52,985 nucleotides of DNA, taken from positions 1 through 52,985 of the forward strand of contig JADGAP010000002.1 of the NCBI GenBank assembly GCA_015231965.1, given 5' to 3'. Source of the DNA: Magnetococcales bacterium (GTDB lineage Bacteria > Pseudomonadota > Magnetococcia > Magnetococcales > JADGAP01). Below, piece by piece: positions 16,198 through 25,731 of this stretch. Within the stretch, counting starts at the first letter, position 1, and the number at the start of each line of letters is the position of its first letter. The position numbers were made by a program, and so were the translations under genes. Under the pieces are notes generated by a model. It worked only from the letters and a program-made list of their open reading frames with translations. It was not told where the DNA came from and searched no databases.

Positions 16198-18897
16198 TCA
16201 CTTCACCATCTCCAACTGTTGGGCGATCTCTTCCGATACTTTGGACCATGCGCTCCTGGGATACAACAGCTTGGCCTCCTGATAGTGTTTTTGCGCTTCG
16301 TCCAGCTTGTTTTTGCGTTGCAGGATATCCCCCAGCCGCATGTGGGCCAGGGCCTTGATTTCGGGATTTTCCGCCCCCTCCGCCACCTGGGCGAAGGCCT
16401 CGGTGGATTTATCGTCCCCTTTCCACGATTGCAACAGGCTGGCGTACCAAAAATAGTCCATCCCCTCGCCCACCGGACGGTTGAACAGGAGATTTTCCAA
16501 ATTGCCCACCGCCTCGGGAAAACGCCCCCGCCCCTCTTCCGCCTTGGCCAGCAGGCGCAGGCGATGGGCCTGCCCCTCGTCGTCCAGCAGATCGTCGGGC
16601 ATCCGCTCCAGCAGCACCAGCACCGCTTCCCACTCTTGCCGCTCCGCCTGACGGGAGGCGGCGTTGAGTCGGATGCGGGCCTCCTCGGGAAAAAGATCCT
16701 TCCGATGGGCTTCCACCCCCAGGGGCGACCCCACCGCCAACATTTTGCCCAGTTTGAGCATCTCCGGCGCTGGGGAGACGTCCACCCCCTTGACCAGATC
16801 CACCGCCCGGTCGTAAATCCCCATGCGCATCAGCGCCTCGGCCAGCAGGATGCGGGCGTCGGTGAAGGCCGATTCCTTGCGCCAGTCGGCCCCGAAGGCC
16901 TCCGCCAGGGCGACGGCGAACTCGGGACGATCCTCCTTCAGGGCGCTCTTCATCCCTTCCACCATGTAATGGTGCTTGAGGATATGCACCCGCTCCACCA
17001 CGCTCTGCCGGGAGGTGAGGGTCAGCAAGGTGTTGAGGGTCTGGATGCTCTCCCGATGGCTGCCCGAATCCCCCTGCAACGACGCCACCGTGATGTAAGC
17101 CTCCACCACCGCGTCGTTGAACGAGGAGGAGTGGATGATGCTCCACAACTCCTTCAGGCGGGGTTCCAGCTCTTTCGCCTCGTCCATTTGCAGGCGGTGG
17201 ATTTTGGCCCAGATCGCCTGATCCGAGTCGGGATACTCGAGCAGCAGATGGTTGAGCAGATCCAGCGCCGCGTCGTTGCGCTTGAGCCGACGGTTGCTCT
17301 CCGCCGCCCGCAGCATGGCCCGGGGGGCCAACTCTGGATCCTTGGGATAGTTGTTGAGAAAAATGGCGAAACGGTGCAACGCCTCCTCGTAGCTGCGGTT
17401 TTCATAAAAAATCTCCCCCACGTCCAACAGCCAGTCGGGGTGGTTGGAGAGGCGGTGCCAGTGGTCCCGCGACAGCTTGCGCAGGGCGGCGGCGGCCTTT
17501 TCCGGATCCCCCCGGTCGGCCTCCAGGCGGGCCAACAGATAGTTGGCCTCGGCGCTGAAATCGCCGTTGGCGGTGTCCAGGGGAAACACCCCATGCAACA
17601 AATCCTGCGCCTTTTCCCATTGTTGCAGCCCCAGCAGGGCTCGGCCCCGTTCAATCTGCACCTCGGGGGAATTTTTCGGCAGGTTGGGGTCGTTCATGAT
17701 GGCCATGGCGTTCTCAAACTGCTTCACCCGGTTGAGCAGCTTGAGCTGTTGCAAACGAAACAGGGGATAGCGATGGTTGTTGGGTTGGCGCACCATCGCC
17801 TCTTCCAGCTTGGCCAGCGCCCAGGAGGGCTGCCAGTTCATCTTGGAAGCCAGTTCCACCCGGTAGAGTTCGATCAACTCCCGGTTGGCGGTGTCGGGAA
17901 AAACCTCCAACAACCCCGAGAGATAGCCCAGGGCCTTGGCGAAGTGGTAATCTTTTTCTGCCTCCTTGGCGGTATCCCAATAGTAGGCCTCGTCCACCGC
18001 AACCTTGTTGAGAATCACCTTGTTGGGGCCGTTGACAAAGACTGGGGTGAGGCGGTTCAGGGGTTCGGGATGGCCTTTTTGCAGGCTCTCCTGGCGGCGG
18101 CGGATGATCTCTTCCGCCTCCTGTTGCCGCCCGATTTGGTGGGCGGCGCGAATTTCCACCACCAGGGTTCCGGCTTCGGAGCTGCGGTAGAAGTGGACAT
18201 CGGAGGCGGCGGGGTCCAGGCCGATCTCCGCCTCCACCTGGCTTCCCTGAAAGGCCTGGGCGTGGAATTTATCCACCAGCCCTTCGGGTGCCACCTCGCG
18301 CCAGCCCTGGTCGAGGCTGGACCCCTGCCACTCCAGCCGCACCACCCGGGCTCCGAAGTCCACCGATTTGCGCACCCAGCCGTGGCCGGTGTAGGAGAGC
18401 AGCAACAAGGTGGCGTCTCGTCCGGCCAGCACCCGTCCTTCCAACAGCCGGGTGGGGCCCACCGCCAGGGCCACCGGATAGCGTTCAAATTCCAGGCGGA
18501 ACAGCCCCTCCTTGCTCAGGTTGTCGCGAAAGTCGAGAAAGGGCTCTTTGAGGGTGATGTTGAGGTAGATGCCCATCTTGCCCCCGGGAATCTCCTCCAC
18601 CTTGACGCTTTCGAGAAAGCGGGTCTTCTTGGGGTCGAAATCGCCGACGAAGGGGAGGGCCAGCAGACCGGTGATGGTGATGCGGAGGCTTTTGTCGCCG
18701 GTGAGGGCCAATTGGGGGCGGGGTTCGCCGGGGGGGAGTTGAAACGACAGCACATCCCGCTTGCCGAACTCCTCGGCGGCGTAGTTCATCACGGTATAGA
18801 AGGCGCGGGCGTCGGGGGTCCACGCCAGCAGGAGCGCCAGAAACAGCAGCGGTCGGACGCGGCGGAGGAGGGCGGCGAGGGAGCGGGAGGGAATCAT
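16198..18897 (-). CDS. Large secreted tetratricopeptide-repeat protein (899 aa)
   Basis: N-terminal signal peptide (LLFLALLLAWTPDARA|F), then many TPR-like A/Y/L-patterned helical pairs (e.g. AKALGYLSGLLEVFPD, EALHRFAIFLNNYPKD, YQEAKLLYPRS). Confidence 0.75.
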   Translation of the reverse strand: MIPSRSLAALLRRVRPLLFLALLLAWTPDARAFYTVMNYAAEEFGKRDVLSFQLPPGEPRPQLALTGDKSLRITITGLLALPFVGDFDPKKTRFLESVKVEEIPGGKMGIYLNITLKEPFLDFRDNLSKEGLFRLEFERYPVALAVGPTRLLEGRVLAGRDATLLLLSYTGHGWVRKSVDFGARVVRLEWQGSSLDQGWREVAPEGLVDKFHAQAFQGSQVEAEIGLDPAASDVHFYRSSEAGTLVVEIRAAHQIGRQQEAEEIIRRRQESLQKGHPEPLNRLTPVFVNGPNKVILNKVAVDEAYYWDTAKEAEKDYHFAKALGYLSGLLEVFPDTANRELIELYRVELASKMNWQPSWALAKLEEAMVRQPNNHRYPLFRLQQLKLLNRVKQFENAMAIMNDPNLPKNSPEVQIERGRALLGLQQWEKAQDLLHGVFPLDTANGDFSAEANYLLARLEADRGDPEKAAAALRKLSRDHWHRLSNHPDWLLDVGEIFYENRSYEEALHRFAIFLNNYPKDPELAPRAMLRAAESNRRLKRNDAALDLLNHLLLEYPDSDQAIWAKIHRLQMDEAKELEPRLKELWSIIHSSSFNDAVVEAYITVASLQGDSGSHRESIQTLNTLLTLTSRQSVVERVHILKHHYMVEGMKSALKEDRPEFAVALAEAFGADWRKESAFTDARILLAEALMRMGIYDRAVDLVKGVDVSPAPEMLKLGKMLAVGSPLGVEAHRKDLFPEEARIRLNAASRQAERQEWEAVLVLLERMPDDLLDDEGQAHRLRLLAKAEEGRGRFPEAVGNLENLLFNRPVGEGMDYFWYASLLQSWKGDDKSTEAFAQVAEGAENPEIKALAHMRLGDILQRKNKLDEAQKHYQEAKLLYPRSAWSKVSEEIAQQLEMVK

Positions 18898-18973
18898 GGA
18901 CGGGCGCGGGTTCCTGGTCGGTGTCGCCGCCGGAGGGGTGGACGGTGGGTCGAATCGCCGGCCCCGGCCAAGA

Positions 18974-20032
18974 TCAACCGGCGGCGGCCCGTTCCAACGG
19001 CTCCAGCCCCTTCTTTTTGATCTTTTCCACCAGGGTGGTGCGATTCAGATTCAATAATTGGGCCGCCTTGTTTTTGTTCCATCCGGTGCGTTCCAGGGCA
19101 GAGAGGATCAGGCGGTTTTCGTAATCCTCCACCATGCGGTTGAAATCCACCTCCTCGCCGTCCAGGTCCAGGTCGTCGCTCTCCAGGGACAGGGGGCCGG
19201 CGGGAATGGCGAAGGCGGCGGCAGGGATGGTCTGGCGGGGGTCTTCTTCCAGAGGCATGGCGTCGTTGAGATTCCCTTCGCCTTCCAGCATGCGGGCGGG
19301 CAGATCGGAAAAACGGACCTCCCCCTCGCACAGGATCATCAACCGCTCCATCAAATTTTCCAGCTCCCGCACGTTGCCCGGCCAGCGGTAGCGTTGGAAG
19401 AGGGCCATCACCGCCGGAGGAATGACGACGGCGACCCGTTCCTGGGTTTCGGTGAACTTTTTCAAAAAATGTTCCACCAGGGCGGGGAGGTCGGTGGGGC
19501 GTTCGCGAAGGGCGGGGGCGTGGAGGGGAACCACGTTGAGGCGGTAGAAGAGATCCTCGCGGAAACGGTTTTCCGCCACCTCTTTTTCCAAATTTTTGTG
19601 GGTGGCGGCGATAATGCGCACATCCACCTTGACGGCCTTGACCGAACCCACCGGCTCGATCACCTTCTCCTGGAGGACGCGGAGCATCTTCACCTGGAGT
19701 TTGGGGCTCATGTCACCGATTTCGTCGAGGAAGATGGCCCCCCCCTGGGCCAGCTCGAAGCGGCCCGGACGGGTGTAGACCGCCCCGGTGAAGGCCCCCT
19801 TGACGTGGCCAAAGAGTTCCGATTCCAGCAGATCCTCGGGGATGGCCCCGCAGTTGACGGGGATGAGGGGCTTGTCCTTGCGCGGCGACTGCTGATGCAC
19901 CGCGCGGGCGATCAGCTCTTTGCCGGCCCCCGTCTCTCCCTGGATCAGCACCGTGGAATCGGAGGCGGCTACCCGCTCGATGAGCCTGAACAATTTTTGC
20001 ATGCAGGGCGCTTTGCCGGTGATGCCGTACAC
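18974..20032 (-). CDS. Sigma-54-dependent activator lacking any N-terminal sensory or receiver domain (AAA+ plus HTH only)
   Basis: Starts directly at the AAA+ module: [70 protein letters not shown]-terminal [22 protein letters not shown]. Confidence 0.85.
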   Translation of the reverse strand: MYGITGKAPCMQKLFRLIERVAASDSTVLIQGETGAGKELIARAVHQQSPRKDKPLIPVNCGAIPEDLLESELFGHVKGAFTGAVYTRPGRFELAQGGAIFLDEIGDMSPKLQVKMLRVLQEKVIEPVGSVKAVKVDVRIIAATHKNLEKEVAENRFREDLFYRLNVVPLHAPALRERPTDLPALVEHFLKKFTETQERVAVVIPPAVMALFQRYRWPGNVRELENLMERLMILCEGEVRFSDLPARMLEGEGNLNDAMPLEEDPRQTIPAAAFAIPAGPLSLESDDLDLDGEEVDFNRMVEDYENRLILSALERTGWNKNKAAQLLNLNRTTLVEKIKKKGLEPLERAAAG

Positions 20033-20168
20033 TCAAGCCTCCCCTCCGCGTCAATGTCAAAAAATCAACAGGGGCGATGCTACGGCAATTCGTCCGTTGG
20101 AACAAGTCCATCTCTTATAAGCGGCGATTTTTTAGGCCGGGTTCGTCGAGGGGAGAGGCGTCCACAAT

Positions 20169-21131
20169 ATGACACTTGAGACGAGAAAACGGGGAAACGC
20201 CCCACCACCCCTCGGGACGCGGTTGGGGGAGTGGGTGGAATGGGCGTCAATAAGACTGCAACACGCGGGGGTTCGATGTGAAAGCGGGCACCAGACGCCG
20301 GAGGCGGAGGCGGCCTATCTGGTCTGTTTCGCCCTGGGGTGGCCGGAGGAAGAGGTGGAAGCCCGATGGGACGAAGCGGTCCCGGCGGCCCGTTGGGAGG
20401 CGGCGCGAAAACTGGTGGAACGTCGGATCCGGGAGCGCAAACCCGCGGCGTATCTCACCCATGAGGCGTGGTTCGCCGGACATCGGTTTTATGTGGACGA
20501 GCGGGTGTTGATCCCCCGTTCCCGCATCGAAATCCTCATCGACGACCCGGTGTGGTTGCGCAAATTGTTGGGCGGACGGGATCCAGAGCGGGTGTTGGAC
20601 CTCTGCACCGGCAGCGGCTGCATCGCCATCGCCTTGGCGCTGGCCTGGCCCGTTTGCCGGGTGACGGGCGTCGACCTCTCGCCCGAGGCCCTGGAGGTGG
20701 CGGAAAAAAATCGTCGGCTGTTGGGGGTGGCGGATCGGGTGCGGTTGGCGCGGAGCGATCTTTTTTCCGGGCTGGCGGGGGAGCGGTTCGATCTGATCCT
20801 CACCAATCCCCCCTATGTGCCCAACGCCACCTGCGACGCCTTGCCCCGGGAGTATCTCCACGAGCCGGACCTCGCCCTGCGGGGCGGCCCCCTGGGGTTG
20901 GATCTGGTGGAGCCGCTGCTGCGCCAGGCCCCCGACTTCCTCACCCCTGACGGGGTGGTGATCCTGGAAGTGGGGGACGAGGTGGAGGCGGTGATGCGTC
21001 GTCTGTGGCCTGGCCTGCGCGGCCGATGGCTCCGCTTTGATTTCGGCCTGAGCGGCGTCCTGACCGTGGGGCGCAAGGCGCTGGAACGTTGGCGTCGGGG
21101 TGCCCCGCCAAGCGGCGGATTTCCCGCATGA
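20169..21131 (+). CDS. prmB: Ribosomal protein L3 glutamine N5-methyltransferase (HemK-family, NPPY)
   Basis: AAYLTHEAWFAGHRFYVDERVLIPRSRIE, VLDLCTGSGCIAIALA, DLILTNPPYV, HEPDLALRGGPLGLD. The N-terminal region and the ~320-aa length fit PrmB better than PrmC, but discrimination by eye is weak. Confidence 0.6.
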   Translation: MTLETRKRGNAPPPLGTRLGEWVEWASIRLQHAGVRCESGHQTPEAEAAYLVCFALGWPEEEVEARWDEAVPAARWEAARKLVERRIRERKPAAYLTHEAWFAGHRFYVDERVLIPRSRIEILIDDPVWLRKLLGGRDPERVLDLCTGSGCIAIALALAWPVCRVTGVDLSPEALEVAEKNRRLLGVADRVRLARSDLFSGLAGERFDLILTNPPYVPNATCDALPREYLHEPDLALRGGPLGLDLVEPLLRQAPDFLTPDGVVILEVGDEVEAVMRRLWPGLRGRWLRFDFGLSGVLTVGRKALERWRRGAPPSGGFPA

Positions 21132-21186
21132 CAAGGGATCGCGCCCGAGAAAAGGCGTAGGGGGTGCGTTGCCGAAGGCGACCTCG

Positions 21187-21321
21187 GGCCGGATTGTGAC
21201 CAACGTGCGGGAGACCGGCGTGGGTCTGGGGGGCGACGAATTTTGCCTCCTCTTGTTGGGACTCTCCGACCCCAAGGATGAGTCCCCCGAAAGAAACCCG
21301 CTCGCGCTGCGGATCGGGTGA
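21187..21321 (+). pseudogene. Short GGDEF-domain fragment (diguanylate cyclase remnant)
   Basis: GRIVTNVRETGVGLGGDEFCLLLLGLSDPKDE resembles the active-site strand of GGDEF domains (D..aR.GGDEFa.LL). No upstream or downstream remainder of the domain is present. Confidence 0.4.
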
Positions 21322-21418
21322 TCGCTCCAGGGGGCGTCGGAGCGATTTGCGTGTGTCGTGGAGCTTTTCAGCGTGAGACGGAGCTGTTTTGCCTCCTTGC
21401 GAGGGGATTTCTCCCCTT

Positions 21419-21973
21419 TTACGCCGCCTTTTGGGCCATTTCCGGCGATTTTTCCAGCAATCGGGCGCAACTGTAGCGTAGGAACCGCTTCACATTGCAG
21501 GCCAGGGCCTTCATCCTGACCGCGAAAGCGACTCGCAAGAGCCCTCGCGTCCACACCTTGGCCAGTCCGTGCGCCGTCTTGAGTTCCGCATTGACCGACT
21601 CGATCCCCCGCTCCTCCAGATCATCCAACGCCGGAACCAGGGCGTGCTGATCGCTCACATGCGCCGGTGATAGGCCCGTCTCCTCCAGAGTCAGGTCGAG
21701 GGCGTAGTGGTAGCGCATATCAAAATGAAGCGACCCCATCAGTGCCTCGTCCGTCAGGTCGAACATCTCCTTCAGCACCGAAAGGGACACCAGAATCGCC
21801 ACAGGAACGTTGGGCCGCCCCAGACTGGCAGGATACAGGCCAGCCAATTCGCTCTCCGGGATCCTCTTCAGCACCCGAGTGCGGAAAATATGCGGCCAAC
21901 TCCGTTCCAACACTTCACGGCACCCATCCGGCATCCAGAAATGCGCCTCGTCCAGACTAATTTGACGGTCCAT
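21419..21973 (-). mobile_element. Internally deleted IS5/IS1182-type transposase (N-terminal DUF772-like region fused in frame to the C-terminal tail)
   Basis: N-terminal LYPASLGRPNVPVAILVSLSVLKEMFDLTDEALMGSLHFDMRYHYALDL matches the InsH N-terminal domain. C-terminal ERGIESVNAELKTAHGLAKVWTRGLLRVAFAVRMKALACNVKRF matches the IS5/IS1182 C-terminus. The DDE catalytic core between them is missing, leaving only 184 aa. Confidence 0.65.
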
Positions 21974-22379
21974 CGGTCGGAAAATGTGCTTTCATCCCCA
22001 TGGATTCATTGACAATTCATAGGGAAATCATACCACAAACGCCTCGCCGACGCATGGGCCGGCACCCTCTCGCGGCGACTTTTGCGGGGGACTCAATGAA
22101 GAATATGGCGAAATGTGACTGCGGGTCCTGGGGGATCATCCCCCTGGCGGGATCCAGAGCCTGCCCCCGCGAAGGCGGGGGGTAGAGCCCTGGGGTTTTG
22201 ACTTTCGCATTTTGGCGCGCTTTCAAGTGAAGCCAAAGCGTTTTTTGCTTTGGCGTAGCGCGCCCAATCGTCGCCGAAGGCGACCAGATTTTTGCAAAAC
22301 TTGCCCCTTTGGTTGCGGCTCCGTCGAGATGTGTAGCATGATCGGGAAGCGGTGGGTTAGGGGCGGGTAAGGAGGCGGC

Positions 22380-23414
22380 ATGGGACTGGGAGGGCATCTG
22401 ATCTGGACCTCGGTGATGCGGGCCCTGAGCGAGCAACGGGGCGGCCCGGTGCTGGTCTGCGCCCGGCCGGGATTGAGCGATCTGCTGCGGGGGAGGCTGT
22501 GGGATCGCGCCTGCTCCTATCGCGAGGATGCCATCTTTCGCGGCAATCCCTGCCTGATCTTCCCCGAGACGCAGCCCAAATCCCTGCCGGAACGCTGGCT
22601 GGACCGGGGATTCTGGGGGGCGATGCGGCGGCTCGGGCTGACCCGCGCCGTGGAAGGGTGGATCTTCCGCCGCGCCCTGCGCCGGGCCGACGCCGGGGAG
22701 CCTCTGGCGGTCCACGTGGATATGCTCATCCATTCCTACGCGGCGGACGAAAAGAGAGACAGATTCCTCTGGCGGTGCCAGGGCCAAGGTCGGGCCGCCG
22801 ACGCCCTCGCCGCCCCCTTTGGCGTGGAGCGCGCCGCCCCGGGGTGCGAACTCCATTTCACCCCCGAGGAAGAGGTGGAGGCGGAGACGCTGTTGGCAGA
22901 GGCGGGATTGACCCCCGGCGGCTTCCTCGCCATCGAGCCAGAGACCAACCGGGAGTGGTTCGGCGATCTGCGCGCCTGGCCCTTCGAGCGTTGGCGGGAG
23001 GTGGTGGAGCGACTGCGGATCCTTCACCCCGAACTGACCTTGGTCCAGGTGGGAACCGCCGACTCCCGCCGTCTGAGCGGGGTGATCGCCCTCAACGGGC
23101 GCACCACGTTCCGTCAGGCGGCCCTGCTCCTGCGCTCCGCCCGACTCTTTCTCGGAACCGAGGGGGGCATGATGCACGCGGCGGCGGCGGCCCCGAATCT
23201 GCCGGCGGTGATTTTGTGGGGGGGGCTGACCCTGCCGGAGTTCGCCGGTTATCCGGATCGCCACCGCATTTTGCATCACCGTTTGGAGTGCGCCCCGTGT
23301 GGACTCAAGGGAAACTGTCCCCACGATGTCGCCTGCATGAAGGCCATCACCCCCGACGAAACCCTGGCGGCGATCACCCAACTGTTGCAGGCCCCCCCCG
23401 CCACCACGACGTAA
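22380..23414 (+). CDS. Glycosyltransferase family 9 (heptosyltransferase-like)
   Basis: LNGRTTFRQAALLLRSARLFLGTEGGMMHAAAAAPNLPAVILWGG is the GT9 C-terminal signature (L.G.t.l.el.ali..a.l.ig.DSG.mHlAaA.g.P.v.lfG). TAAGGAGG lies upstream of the ATG. Confidence 0.75.
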   Translation: MGLGGHLIWTSVMRALSEQRGGPVLVCARPGLSDLLRGRLWDRACSYREDAIFRGNPCLIFPETQPKSLPERWLDRGFWGAMRRLGLTRAVEGWIFRRALRRADAGEPLAVHVDMLIHSYAADEKRDRFLWRCQGQGRAADALAAPFGVERAAPGCELHFTPEEEVEAETLLAEAGLTPGGFLAIEPETNREWFGDLRAWPFERWREVVERLRILHPELTLVQVGTADSRRLSGVIALNGRTTFRQAALLLRSARLFLGTEGGMMHAAAAAPNLPAVILWGGLTLPEFAGYPDRHRILHHRLECAPCGLKGNCPHDVACMKAITPDETLAAITQLLQAPPATTT

Positions 23415-23437
23415 AGACGATATAAAGGGAGTCCCCG

Positions 23438-24346
23438 GTGATGAAGGTTGCGGTCGTGGTTCCCGCCTTCAACGAAGGAAAGATCATCCAACGCACCCTG
23501 CGGGCGTTGCGGGGACAGGTACCCCGTTTCGCCGAGGCGGGCCTGGAACTGAACCTCTGGCTGGTGGACGACGGCTCCACCGACGACACCGCCCAACAAG
23601 CCCAGGAGGGCGGGGTGGATCGGGTGATCACCCACCGTCGCAATCAGGGCTTGGGGGCGGCGGTGCGCAGCGGCTTCAAGGCCGCCCGGCAGGCGGGCAT
23701 GGACATCCTGATCAAATTCGACGCCGACCTGCAACACGACCCCGACGACCTGCTGCCGCTGCTCCAGCCGATCCTGCGCGGCGAGGCCGACGTGGTCTAC
23801 GGCAATCGCTTCCCCCGCATTACCTATCGCATGCCGCTGGTGCGCAAGGCGGGCAACATCGTCTTCACCGGCCTGATGCGCTGGCTCACCGGTTGGCCGC
23901 TGGAGGATGGTCAACCGGGACTGCTGGCGGTCAACCGGGCCTATCTCCAGTGCTTCTACCTGCCCGGCGACTACAACTACACCCAACAGGTGCTGATGGA
24001 CGCCTACCGCAAGGGGATGAGTTTCGCCCACGTGCCGGTGGCCTTTCATCCCCGCACCACGGGCAAGTCGTTCATCTCCTTCCGCTACCCCTTCAAGGTG
24101 CTGCCGCAAATTTTCATGGTGCTGATCGCGGTGCGCCCCCTGAAGGTCTTCGCCCCCATCGGACTGCTCTTCTTCCTGCTGGGCGCGACGCTGTTCACCG
24201 TGGAATTTTTCCAATGGCTGCTGGGCGACGCCCCCAAGCCGGTGAACCACGTCAATCTGGTGCTGGGCCTGACCCTCTTCGGGTTGCAAACCCTCTTTTT
24301 CGGCGTCCTCGCCCACCTGATCGTCGAGTTCAAAAATCGCGAGTGA
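23438..24346 (+). CDS. Glycosyltransferase family 2 with C-terminal membrane helices
   Basis: VVVPAFNEGKIIQRTLRAL...WLVDDGSTDDT...NQGLGAAVRSGF...IKFDADLQHDP (DxD). C-terminal hydrophobic helices resemble polyprenyl-phosphate sugar transferases. Confidence 0.8.
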   Translation: MMKVAVVVPAFNEGKIIQRTLRALRGQVPRFAEAGLELNLWLVDDGSTDDTAQQAQEGGVDRVITHRRNQGLGAAVRSGFKAARQAGMDILIKFDADLQHDPDDLLPLLQPILRGEADVVYGNRFPRITYRMPLVRKAGNIVFTGLMRWLTGWPLEDGQPGLLAVNRAYLQCFYLPGDYNYTQQVLMDAYRKGMSFAHVPVAFHPRTTGKSFISFRYPFKVLPQIFMVLIAVRPLKVFAPIGLLFFLLGATLFTVEFFQWLLGDAPKPVNHVNLVLGLTLFGLQTLFFGVLAHLIVEFKNRE

Positions 24347-24380
24347 ACGCCACCCCCCCCTAGGAGCGGATGGAAACGCC

Positions 24381-25652
24381 ATGGATCCTTTTCATTTCAA
24401 ACTGCCGGCGAATTACAGTTTCAAGCAAGGCGATCTGTACGACTTTGACGCCGCCATCTCGTGGTACGACTGGACCGCGACCTCTCAACCCGTGGACATT
24501 GATTTGAGACCTTGCACCCGCGCCAATTACAACGCCTTGTCGCTGCTTGTTCTGTATGTTTGGGAGTTGCACGCCAGGGGGTGTCGCATCGCATTCAAGA
24601 CCGATGAACGGGGGGACGAAAACGCTTCCCGCGCGTGGAAGATGATGGGGGCCAAGGGGTGGTGGCACGTTTTGCAAAACAGTTCCAACAATTTCAGGGC
24701 AAGCCAATACAAACCCCTGCTCGCCATCCGGGACCGGGGGGATTTTTCCAAGGCCTTATCCAAGGTGGAGGCGTTTGTCTCCGAATTCAATGTGGAATAC
24801 GAGAACACCCTGCGCTATGTGTTGTCGGAGTTGCTTTATAACACGCTAGAGCATGGCGTGGCGTACCGAAACATCGATGGACGTTCGACCCGCATTCCGT
24901 CCCTGATTCAATTCACATGGTATCGTAGACGAAACGAGCTGCAGTTTTTGATCGCCGATCTGGGCGTGGGCATCAAAAATCATCTGGAGCAGAATAAATC
25001 CTACCAGCCATTCGCCAGCGACGCCGAGGCCATCCTGTTTGCGTTGCGTCCCCAGGTTTCGGGAACCTTTGGGCGGAACGATCCCTACCGCAACAAGGAC
25101 AATGCGGGGGTCGGACTGTACTTATCCAGTCAAATTGTTCGCCGACTGCGCGCCGATCTGTACATCATCTCGGGCAACGGATTGGTGCATGTCTCTCCCA
25201 CGGATGTCACCAGTCAATCCCTTCGCCATGCGTGGCCGGGAACGTTTGTCCTGTTTGATATTCATCTCTCGCCCCATCTGGATATCAACTTCCACCAAAT
25301 GATGAGCGAATTACGGGAATCGGCCCGGCGGGAAGTCCATAACGGGCATTCCGCCGAGGAGGAGAATATTTTCTATTTCAGTCTGGAAAATTATTTTGGC
25401 CGTCACGCCGAGGACAAGGCATCCGCCATTCTCCATCGCGACCGCTCCCTGATTCCCGCCGTCGACGCGGGAAAGACCTTGCGCCTGGATTTTGACAACG
25501 TGCAAGCGGCTCCCCACAGCTTTCTCAGCGCCCTGCTGGCCACGCCGGTCAAACGTTTGGGCATGGCGGCGTATAAGAAGATCAAAATTTTGAACGCCAC
25601 GCCCGAAATTCGGGAAACGATCGACTACATCCTCGACGAAAACACCTCGTAA
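24381..25652 (+). CDS. Orphan GHKL (RsbW/HATPase_c-like) ATPase fused to a C-terminal STAS-like (DUF4325-type) domain
   Basis: N-box SELLYNTLEHG, G1 box IADLGVGI, G2-like NAGVGLYLS. C-terminal TLRLDFDNVQAAPHSFLSALLATPVKRLGMAAYKKIKILNATPEIRETIDYIL has the DUF4325/STAS-like pattern (v.lDF.gV....sF...L). Visibly lower G+C than its neighbours. Confidence 0.6.
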   Translation: MDPFHFKLPANYSFKQGDLYDFDAAISWYDWTATSQPVDIDLRPCTRANYNALSLLVLYVWELHARGCRIAFKTDERGDENASRAWKMMGAKGWWHVLQNSSNNFRASQYKPLLAIRDRGDFSKALSKVEAFVSEFNVEYENTLRYVLSELLYNTLEHGVAYRNIDGRSTRIPSLIQFTWYRRRNELQFLIADLGVGIKNHLEQNKSYQPFASDAEAILFALRPQVSGTFGRNDPYRNKDNAGVGLYLSSQIVRRLRADLYIISGNGLVHVSPTDVTSQSLRHAWPGTFVLFDIHLSPHLDINFHQMMSELRESARREVHNGHSAEEENIFYFSLENYFGRHAEDKASAILHRDRSLIPAVDAGKTLRLDFDNVQAAPHSFLSALLATPVKRLGMAAYKKIKILNATPEIRETIDYILDENTS

Positions 25653-25731
25653 CCTTGAGGGCGGCAGATGGGGACGGGCGGACGTTGCGTCTCCTCTCGG
25701 AGCGCCGCCAAGGTTTCCCGGTCGTTGATCT

